64,000 nt of DNA from Macrostomum lignano. Its lineage: Eukaryota. Below, one piece after another: positions 46,511 to 56,900 of this stretch (the stretch's first letter is position 1; each line of letters begins with the position of its first letter). A program made the position numbers and the translations under genes. The notes under the pieces were generated by a model that saw only the letters and a list, made by a program, of their open reading frames with translations, made no database searches and was not told where the DNA came from. The stretch lies in NCBI GenBank assembly GCA_002269645.1, contig NIVC01000319.1, forward strand, positions 310,001-374,000, written 5' to 3'.

Positions 46511-48349
46511 GTTGGATGATGGGATTCGGCTGATGAATTTCAGGGTTCCGGTGGAGTTCCGGTGATGGGAGTTCTTCCCCTTTCTCCTCCAGAGGAGGAG
46601 TTGGCCTCGTCTTAATACTAAAGTTGGTGCGATGTTTGTCTGTCTGTATGTTGCAATTTTTCTCCTAGACTACTTGCAACTCAGCGTTGAAACTTATATG
46701 GGTAAACTGCAAATTTTCCGGGTTGGGTTTATAGCTATTTTAATCTTTCATTTTTATATTTTAAGATCCCTAAAAAAGCAGAAATAATAAAACAATAGGG
46801 AATATGATCCACCTTGCGCAACTCTTAGTGATTGCGCCACAACAGCTGGCCTATCTGTGTAGTGTATTCTTTTAGCTGAAGGGGTGTAACTGGGCCAGTT
46901 GGCATCAATTTTTAGTGATTACGCCACAACTTTCTCCTATCTCGGCAGTGTATTTTCTCTCCAATGGGGGAATGGGGGCATTCTCAGTGTACAATCGGAC
47001 CCTAGCTCACTGGCTGATTGTATAGACAATTGCGCAACGATATGTTTTCTGATTTTCAATAGGCAGCCCTGTGTATTTGTTGGACAGTAAAATTCAATGA
47101 ATAAACTTGCGAGCCTCCCACTGCTGCAGGCAGTGAACGTACACTCAATAGTTCAATTCCTTAAAACGGGAAATTTCAAAGCCAAACTGTTCCTTGAGTT
47201 TTAAACTTTAAGAGAAGAGACTTATATTGCTGGAAAGAAGTTGCAGTGCTGAGTTAGGGGATATAAGTTGTTTGCTCTAAATGTGAAAATTAAAAGCACA
47301 GCATTCAAAAAGTGATTTCCATACTTTTAACGTTTTGCAAAGATTGTACTCCATTTCGGGGGTTCAATGAGGGTTTGACAGACTCCCAACAGTGGGGGGG
47401 TTCAATTTCTAGCTGCACTGCGTATTCGAAGGGGTTCGGTCGCTGTGTATTGGAGGGTTGATTTAGATTGCGCAATTTTTTTGTTAACTTTAACCGAGGC
47501 TGATACTGACTGCCTGAGAAATAATTTGCGCAATTTAATTGGTTCAATGTTTTAACGGCGCCTTTCAACACGCAGCTGTGTGTAGCTCTAACCCCTAACC
47601 ATAACCAATGAATTCTGAGAGCTGGGTTCTGTTTGACAGAGAAATTTCGATTGAGTCCAGTTACACGGAGAGGATTTTCGCGGAGAGGATTTTGATGGTG
47701 TTCAGTTTCACGGAGACAATTTCTGTTTCGCGGAGAGTTCAGGAAATGGGATTCCGGTGATGGGAGTTCTTCCCCTTTCTCCTCCAGCGGAGGAGTTGGC
47801 CTCGTTCCATATACTAAAAATGGTCTGTCGGTATGTGTGTGTGTGTGTGATCGATTTTAGCAAAAATGGCTCAACCGATTTTCTTCGAACTTGCACCATT
47901 CGATCAGAAATTTTTCCGTGACGGTACATGCATCGTGGCTAAGAAATTGCTCGATGCTAAAGGGATTAAATATTCGAAAAACATGCTTTTTTGCAAAGGT
48001 CAAGCAGCTCTTTCGACTTGAAATGCATTGTAAGAATGCTAGCAGAAAAAACTGACTGGTTGAATTCTGATTCTGAAATAGATTGCATCACAATACACTT
48101 TATTTATCGTCTGTGTACTGGCTGAATTTGACACTCAATTGAATTGCGTCACAGCTTTGAGGGTGAAAGTATAGTGCAGTACTGAATTTATATTACGTAA
48201 CCATATTGTTAGCTTTCATAGACACTGGTACTGACTTGCCTAAGAAATTGATTATGTCATAACTGCTTCGTGTGACTTTTTACTCTACCTGACTTGGTGT
48301 GAGTGTTGAATTATATAAGTGGTACAAATTCACTGATAACTTCGATGAG

Positions 48350-48408
48350 AGCTAGCCTAGAGCTGAACAGACCAGACTGCTAATGCAGCGACCTGGGTTC
48401 GAATCTAA
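48350..48408 (+). other. Degenerate tRNA/SINE-head relic
   Basis: A-box-like TAGCCTAGAG and B box GGGTTCGAATC at tRNA spacing; no intact acceptor stem. Confidence 0.35.
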
Positions 48409-48477
48409 GTAGTTTAAAAGTAGTAGTGTAGAATTTTTTATTAAAAGCTTTTATTAAAGGACTAAATAAAAACACTT

Positions 48478-51375
48478 AGATTACTGCACTCGATAAGCTA
48501 AGGATTATTGCTCTTGGCAAACCAAGGATTACTGCACTCGATAAGCCAAGGATTATTGCTATTAATAAACCAAGGATTACTGCACTTGGCAAACCAAGGA
48601 TTACTGCACTCGATAAGCCATGGATTATTGCTATTAATAAACCAAGGATTACTGCACTCGATAAGCCAAGGATTATTGCTATTAATAAACCAAGGATTAC
48701 TGCACTCAATAAACCAAGGACTATTGCTCTTGGCAAACCAAGGATTACTGCACTTGATTAATCAAGGATTATTGCCATTAATAAACCAAGGATTACTGCA
48801 CTCGATAAGCCAAGGATTATTGCTATTATTAAACCAAGGATTACTGCACTCGAAAAGCCATGGATTATTGCTATTAATAAACCAAGGATTACTGCACTCG
48901 ATAAGCCAAGGATTATTGCTATTAATAAACCAAGGATTACTGCACTCGATAAGCCAAGGATTATTGCTATTAATAAACCAAGGATTACTGCACTCGATAA
49001 GCCATGGATTATTACTATTAATAAACCAAGGATTACTTACTGCACTTGGCAAACCAAGAATTACTGCACTCGATAAGCCATGGATTATTGCTATTAATAA
49101 ACCGAGGATTACTTACTGCACTTGGCAAACCAAGAATTACTGCACTCGATAAGCCATGGATTATTGCTATTAATAAACCAAGGATTACTGCACTCGATAA
49201 GCCAAGGATTATTGCTATTAATAAACCAAGGATTACTGCACTCGATAAGCCAAGGATTATTGCTATTAATAAACCAAGGATTACTGCACTCAATAAACCA
49301 AGGACTATTGCTCTTGGCAAACCAAGGATTACTGCACTTGATTAATCAAGGATTATTGCCATTAATAAACCAAGAATTACTGCACTCGATAAGCCATGGA
49401 TTATTGCTATTAATAAACCGAGGATTACTTACTGCACTTGGCAAACCAAGAATTACTGCACTCGATAAGCCATGGATTATTGCTATTAATAAACCAAGGA
49501 TTACTGCACTCGATAAGCCATGGATTATTGCTATTAATAAACCAAGGATTACTGCACTCGATAAGCCAAGGATTATTGCTATTAATAAACCAAGGATTAC
49601 TGCACTCGATAAGCCATGGATTATTACTATTAATAAACCAAGGATTACTTACTGCACTTGGCAAACCAAGAATTACTGCACTCGATAAGCCATGGATTAT
49701 TGCTATTAATAAACCAAGGATTACTGCACTCGATAAGCCAAGGATTATTGCTATTATTAAGCCAAGGATTACTGCACTCGATAAGCCATGGATTATTGCT
49801 ATTAATAAGCCAAGGATTACTGCACTCGATAAGCCAAGGATTATTGCTATTATTAAGCCAAGGATTACTGCACTCGATAAGCCATGGATTATTGCTATTA
49901 ATAAGCCAAGGATTACTGCACTCGATAAGCCAAGGATTATTGCTATTAATAAACCAAGGATTACTGCACTCGATAGCCAAGGATTATTGCTATTAATAAA
50001 CCAAGGATTACTGCACTCAATAAACCAAGGACTATTGCTCTTGGCAAACCAAGGATTACTGCACTTGATTAATCAAGGATTATTGCCATTAATAAACCAA
50101 GGATTACTGCACTCGATAAGCCAAGGATTATTGCTATTATTAAACCAAGGATTACTGCACTCGAAAAGCCATGGATTATTGCTATTAATAAACCAAGGAT
50201 TACTGCACTCGATAAGCCAAGGATTATTGCTATTAATAAACCAAGGATTACTGCACTCGATAAGCCAAGGATTATTGCTATTAATAAACCAAGGATTACT
50301 GCACTCGATAAGCCATGGATTATTACTATTAATAAACCAAGGATTACTTACTGCACTTGGCAAACCAAGAATTACTGCACTCGATAAGCCATGGATTATT
50401 GCTATTAATAAACCGAGGATTACTTACTGCACTTGGCAAACCAAGAATTACTGCACTCGATAAGCCATGGATTATTGCTATTAATAAACCAAGGATTACT
50501 GCACTCGATAAGCCAAGGATTATTGCTATTAATAAACCAAGGATTACTGCACTCGATAAGCCAAGGATTATTGCTATTAATAAACCAAGGATTACTGCAC
50601 TCAATAAACCAAGGACTATTGCTCTTGGCAAACCAAGGATTACTGCACTTGATTAATCAAGGATTATTGCCATTAATAAACCAAGAATTACTGCACTCGA
50701 TAAGCCATGGATTATTGCTATTAATAAACCGAGGATTACTTACTGCACTTGGCAAACCAAGAATTACTGCACTCGATAAGCCATGGATTATTGCTATTAA
50801 TAAACCAAGGATTACTGCACTCGATAAGCCATGGATTATTGCTATTAATAAACCAAGGATTACTGCACTCGATAAGCCAAGGATTATTGCTATTAATAAA
50901 CCAAGGATTACTGCACTCGATAAGCCATGGATTATTACTATTAATAAACCAAGGATTACTTACTGCACTTGGCAAACCAAGAATTACTGCACTCGATAAG
51001 CCATGGATTATTGCTATTAATAAACCAAGGATTACTTACTGCACTTGGCAAACCAAGAATTACTGCACTCGATAAGCCATGGATTATTGCTATTAATAAA
51101 CCAAGGATTACTGCACTCGATAAGCCAAGGATTATTGCTATTATTAAGCCAAGGATTACTGCACTCGATAAGCCATGGATTATTGCTATTAATAAGCCAA
51201 GGATTACTGCACTCGATAAGCCAAGGATTATTGCTATTATTAAGCCAAGGATTACTGCACTCGATAAGCCATGGATTATTGCTATTAATAAGCCAAGGAT
51301 TACTGCACTCGATAAGCCAAGGATTATTGCTATTAATAAACCAAGGATTACTGCACTCGATAGCCAAGGATTACT
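48478..51375. repeat. 48-bp (2 x 24-bp) satellite with about 1311-bp higher-order repeat
   Basis: AAACCAAGGATTACTGCACTCGAT + AAGCCAAGGATTATTGCTATTAAT. Variant patterns recur at an offset of 1311 (48762/50073, 49033/50344, 49425/50736). Confidence 0.97.
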
Positions 51376-51419
51376 GCGCTTGATAAGCTTGGCTACATGT
51401 ATAGGATTATTCTTATCCA

Positions 51420-52135
51420 GGGATGCTTGCTATTTAGGGATTCTTGCTATGTGCAGGATGCTTGCTATCTGGAAGGATGCTTCTACATTATTTGGGGGAT
51501 GCTTGCTATCTGGAAGGATGCTTCTACATTATTTGGGGTATGCTTGCTATCTGCAAGATGCTTGCTATCTGCAAGATGCTTGCTATCTGGCGGATGCTTG
51601 CTATCTGGGGGATGCTTGCTATCTGGGGGATGCTTGCTATCTGGGTGGATGCTTGCTATCTGGGTGGATGCTTGCCATCTGGGTGGATGCTTGCTATCTG
51701 GGTGGATGCTTGCTATCTGGGTGGATGCTTGCTAGGAGTATTAGGGAATGCTTGCTATCTGGGTGGATGCTTGCTATCTGGGTGGATGCTTGCTAGGAGT
51801 ATTAGGGAATGCTTGCTATCTGGGTGGATGCTTGCTATCTGGGTGGATGCTTGCTATCTGGGTGGATGCTTGCTAGGAGTATTAGGGAATGCTTGCTATC
51901 TGGGTGGATGCTTGCTAGGAGTATTAGGGAATGCTTGCTATCTGGGTGGATGCTTGCTAGGAGTATTAGGGAATGCTTGCTATCTGGGTGGATGCTTGCT
52001 AGGAGTATTAGGGAATGCTTGCTATCTGGGTGGATGCTTGCTAGGAGTATTAGGGAATGCTTGCTATCTGGGTGGATGCTTGCTAGGAGTATTAGGGAAT
52101 GCTTGCTACTGGGGGGATGCTTGCTGTCTTGGGAA
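51420..52135. repeat. 19-bp minisatellite grading into a 42-bp derivative
   Basis: GATGCTTGCTATCTGGGTG units, then GCTAGGAGTATTAGGGAATGCTTGCTATCTGGGTGGATGCTT. Confidence 0.95.
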
Positions 52136-52654
52136 TATTTTCTATTTAGGGGTAATGACTGTGATCTTTGTGAAAGCTATATTTTCTTGTCTGTTTATTA
52201 ATTTTACCAATCTTGGCGAAGCCTTCTGCTATAGCTTTGAACTGTTCTGTCTTTATTCGATAATTCGTTGGAAATTAATAAAGACGATATTGTTCAGTTT
52301 ATAATAGACTAATTTAGTTTAATTTAAAACAAATTTATTGTGTCATAACTGCTTCGTGTTAGTAGTAGTAGTAGCAGCGATTGTTTTAATCAACTCGAAT
52401 GATTGCATTAGGTCCAATTTCATTTCAGTCAGAACTTAGTATGCATGATTCTCTCAGATTCCATTTTGCTAATACGTGTATTAGATTTTTCGTTGCAAAT
52501 TAATAAAGACGATATTAAACAAGAAAGGGTCATGTAATATCATAGCAGGGTCATGTAAACAATCATAGAAGCGTCATGTAAACAATCATAGAAGCGTCAT
52601 GTCAGACATGAAAGAAGTGTCGTTTAAAAATTTAATGAAGCTTTTGTGCTGTGC

Positions 52655-53645
52655 TGGGGAGAATTACTGAGATGTCAAGGTTCACGGAGAATAACTGAGA
52701 TTACGGGGGGGGGGTTTCTGAGATGTCAAAGCAAAAGTCAGAAGCTACTTCAAAGTACATGTAGTTTACTCAATTTTTAATTACATTCTTTGTTGGCTTG
52801 CCACGGGGGGGGGCGCTGATAGAAGAAGACTCATGCAAAAAAGAAAAGAAGCACTATGTATACATAAAAGAAGAGCCATGTTGAAGTTAAAAGATTCATT
52901 TAGGAATTGCTACGATGTCAAGGCTTGGAGGGAATCGCTATAGTGCTGTGATTCTTGAAGAAAGAATCACTAAATTGTCAAGGCTTAGGGGAGAAGAATT
53001 TCTGAGATTTCAAGGCTTTAGGTTGGGTTAAAGTTAGGTTTAGGTCAGGTTTGGGTTGGGGGTTAGATTTTACAGGGGATTCTACGGGTTTTACGGGTTT
53101 CAAGGTTAACAGGGGATTTTTCAGATATCAAGGTTTATGGGGGGGGGGGGCATCGCTGACATGTCAAGGCTTACGGGGGGAATAGCTGAGATGTCAAGGC
53201 TCACGGGGGAATAAATGAGATGTCAAGGCTAAAATCAGAAGCTACATGTAGTTTATTGAAAACTTTTTTTCATTATTTGTTGGCTTCTCACGGGAGGGAT
53301 CGCTGGTAGAAAAAGCGTAATGTAAAAAATAAAAGAAGCTTCATGTCGAAGTTAAGAGATTCATTTGGATGTGGAGGCTTGCGGGGAATCGCTATCGCTA
53401 TTCTCTCCAAGAGTGCTATAATGACTCTTAGAGAGAATTACTGAAATGTCAATGTTTTAGGGTTAGGTTAGGTTAGGGTTAGGCTAGGGTTAGGGTTAGA
53501 AAGTTGACAGATTTTTTTAGATTTCATGGCTTATGGGGAGCATCGCTGAGATGTCAAGGGGGGAAGTTGATATGTTAAAGCTTGTGGGGGGGATTACTGA
53601 CATGTCAAGGAAGTTTGACAGGAGATTTTTTAAGATTTCAAGGCT
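52655..53645. repeat. Degenerate GAATTACTGAGATGTCAAGG(C)TT repeats with TTAGGG runs
   Basis: Many diverged copies; telomere-like runs at about 53025-53070 and 53457-53499; an inverted relic of the same motif lies at about 15340-15450. Confidence 0.7.
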
Positions 53646-53948
53646 ACATGTAGCTTATTAAAAAACGTTTATTTCATTTCTTTAGCTCCCCAACGGGGGG
53701 CGTAGATTGCTAGTTATGCTTCTAACTGCCTTATTTTTGCGTACACTTGCATGCTCCGAAAACTTTTTATTCTGTACGTTTCAGTTTTTATTAACAGAAA
53801 TTGATATAGAAATTGAAAATATTAATCAGTTTGTGCTGGACAAATATTGCTGGTCATGCGGAAAATTATAAAAAACAAAAATTCCAAGTGTTTTTGTGCG
53901 AGAGCATTTAACAAAGTTAGAAAAGCAGCGAGCAGAATGATGCGGCGG

Positions 53949-56900
53949 CTATGTTGTTGCCAGGTACTCAGTCAGGTAGCCTTCCCTGCCGCCGCCACCG
54001 GTGGGTTCGTTTGAACGCGTCTGGCTTTCCTGGAAAATTGTTCGAATAAAAACTGGTTTGACCCGACCGAATGATTGACAATTCCAGAGCCAATTAATGT
54101 AAAATCGTGCATCCAAATATTTATCAATAAGTAGACTAAAACAAACTGAACCAAAGACCAAATTTTTGAAAGTAGAAATATATGCAGTTTATCTAAAGAG
54201 TACATAGAATTTTGTATCTGCATGCTTTCCGACTATACTACTCATGGCATTGTTGGATGCATTAGCTTTGGCGCCGACCGATTTTATCATTGTTGAGTTA
54301 AACAAATTCCTGCTCATAAACTTGCTTGTTTTATGATTTCCTTGTCAATAGTGCAACTGTGTTGTTAGGTGAAATTCGATAAAACAAAATGCTTTTTACT
54401 TTTGTAGCAAAAGTACAAAGGGATAGTAAAAAAACTAAGGAAAGATACAATAAAATCAAAACCAATTTATGTCATGTGTTGGCAGGCGTGAATATCTAAA
54501 TGTACAGATCTGCTCCGACTGCTCCGTGTTGGGGTCACTGCATGGCTACAGGAAATCTCCGGATTTTTTAGGCACATTTAAACAAACATTACGCATTTCA
54601 TTACATTGTATTTTAGTAAGGGAACGGTGTTTGAGCTGAAATTGTCTGGGCTTGCGTCCATACAGTCCAGCTTTGTTTTAATAAATCGATCTCCGTGCGG
54701 AGTCCGTGCAATCCACGCTGTGCAGACAATTCGAGAGGTGAAAGTGAAAAATGGAAAAAAAATAGAAAAAAAACAAAGTTATTACTGAGAATGGCGGCTG
54801 GGCCGACGAAGGCGTCGGGATCGAAGGGCTGTCAGCAAAATTTGTAGTTGTACTCCTAGGAATGGCCAGAAAGATGCTCAGTTAGAGGCAGGGGGCGTGT
54901 GCACCCTGGCACACTTTAAGCGACATTGTCACACCGCCACACCGGCGAGAGGCATTGCTGCCCATTCCGCCGACTCCCCTGAGCAGGCACACAAGCGCGC
55001 GGATACGTACGCAGTCATACGCACAGGCACACACTCAAACAGGAGTGTACAGCGGCCCCAACTTTATTAATCGTTAAGCATGTACACTTCCCTGTGTCTT
55101 GCGGGTTGGCCGTCAGGGGCTTTTATTGCACGAGCAGAGCCAAACCGAGATTCCAATTAAGCCCCAAATTAATGTGACTGCACTTGGAATCGGCACATCA
55201 GAGCATCGCGCCGCCCCAAGGCCCGTATTCTGATTCATTTTGAGTCATCGAAAAATAAATTTTTCTAACTACGAGACCGCGACTTTTGTCGACCTATCTT
55301 TTTGCACTTTTCTGCACAACTGGTCATTGAAGCTGTCGACCATTCAACTGTCATGTCCTTCCAGACTTTATGGGGAGGTGCGGACGTTTTTACGGCAAAC
55401 GTCTTACTTAGGAGGCGGAAAATTCTATAATTATCCGGGTATCCATGGTATGCCACTGAAGCGTTGCGTATTAAATGAAGAACATTTTAAGGAAAATATT
55501 TCTCTTTTTGATCTGTCCCTAGCGGTGCAATCTCGCAGACGCCAGGCTCACCTGCAGCTCCCAGGGATCTTCTTCATCATCGCTGTCGGACCCGGTGGTG
55601 GTGTACTGCCCGCTGTCCACCCGGACGTCTTGTAGGCGGATCTCCGCCACTGCGGGCGCCATCTCGCCGGCGATGCCGCAACGACCAGCGTCCGGAGCAT
55701 CGACGGCGTCGGCGTTGTTTTCTACAACGTCAACGACAAGGGCTTCTTCAGCCTCGCCGACGTCGGGCGAATCGGCATCGGCGACGACCTCCTGCGGCGA
55801 CTCCTCCTCGACATAGAGCTGGCGCTGCAGAATTGAGTTCCGCTTGCCCTGCCGCTGCCCCGACGGCCGGCCGTTCATCGTTGGTCGCTCGGCGTCAGGC
55901 GACGATGGCGTCGAGTTGCCGCCCTTGTCGACAGGCACCGCTGTCGAGGCAGAGGTGGAGGCTGCGGTGTTAGCAGCGTCCTCCACGATGGTGTCCAGCC
56001 CAGAGGACTGTCGGGAGGTGCTCGGCGGGGTGCCGAGGTTGTTGGTGAGGGCGCTGAGCGAGCGGCGGTGCTGCGCCCCGGCGATGCCGCCGAAGATGCC
56101 GGCGGACATGGCGGCCATGGACTTCAGGGCGTTGTTGGACTGGCGCTTGCTGATGTTTACGACTGTGTGGGCGGGAGGGATGGCAGAGGGTTTCTAGTTG
56201 AACTGTTTCTCGGAAACCAATGCCTAATATTCAATGATGAGATTCTTGGAAATCATTTTTTATATAGTATGTCGTAGAAACCGATGCTTTAGTTGCGACG
56301 AACCCTTGTAAACAATGATGTAGTTTTCCTAGAAACTAAGCCCGTAGTTCTCTTAGAAACAACTAATGTAGTTTTCTCAGAAACCAAGTGCTTTAGAATT
56401 CCTAGAAAGCATTGTTATTACTCGTAGATTCCCAGACACTTGGCTACAGGGTGGTCCGTAGACACAGCGGTTAAGCGTGGGTCGCCCATTCCGCTAGATC
56501 CCAGACGTAGAGACACAGAAGATGATCTCCATTACCGAATCACTTGAAGTCTTTGCTACTTTCCGTATAAAAATTTATCTTCGCTCATCCTAGATATTAG
56601 ATATTATCTAGATATTAAGTTAGCTTAGACTAGAAAATGGAATGTCTGACTCAATAATTCCCGCCTGCGTTCTGCAGTCCGCAACACGTGGCCCATCTAA
56701 TGAACTTCTCGCGTCTGCTCACGCTGAAGCCGCCCCCCCCCCAACTATCTGGCTGAGGGTCTGCGGTGCGCTGCGAAGTGCAGCGGAAGAGACGAAGAAA
56801 GAGCGACCTCTCAGCTCAGGACTCGAGCCCCACTGGATTCCCGCCAATAGTCGAGACAAAAAGCGCTCAGGCGACCACTGAGGCCTCCTTGACAGACAGG

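Larger units (their letters stand above)
39783..47804 (+). mobile_element. Head-to-tail array of non-autonomous Helitron-like units (about 1.2 kb each)
   Basis: Units start TCTTAATACTAAA..GTCTGTGTGTGT at 39783, 39858, 41067, 43868, 45094 and 46610. Full units end with a small hairpin (CTCCTCC-AGC-GGAGGAG type) then TTGGCCTCG. The array sits between A39782 and T47805 with no TSD and no ORF. Confidence 0.78.
39775..53713 (+). mobile_element. Host non-autonomous Helitron-like element (5' end split by the array; body 47805-53713)
   Basis: Removing the array restores A|TCTATCTA-TTCCATATACTAAAAATG-GTCTGTCGGTATGTGTGTG...AAATGGCTCAACCGATTTT. The 3' end has hairpin GCTCCCC-AAC-GGGGGGC (53685-53701), then CTAG (53710-53713) and T. 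Confidence 0.65.

Noticed and set aside
48350-48408. Functional tRNA gene
   Set aside because: A and B boxes are present, but no acceptor stem or full cloverleaf could be formed; the 24412 copy is a SINE head.
53457-53499. True telomere or chromosome end
   Set aside because: Short, degenerate and internal, with genes continuing on both sides.
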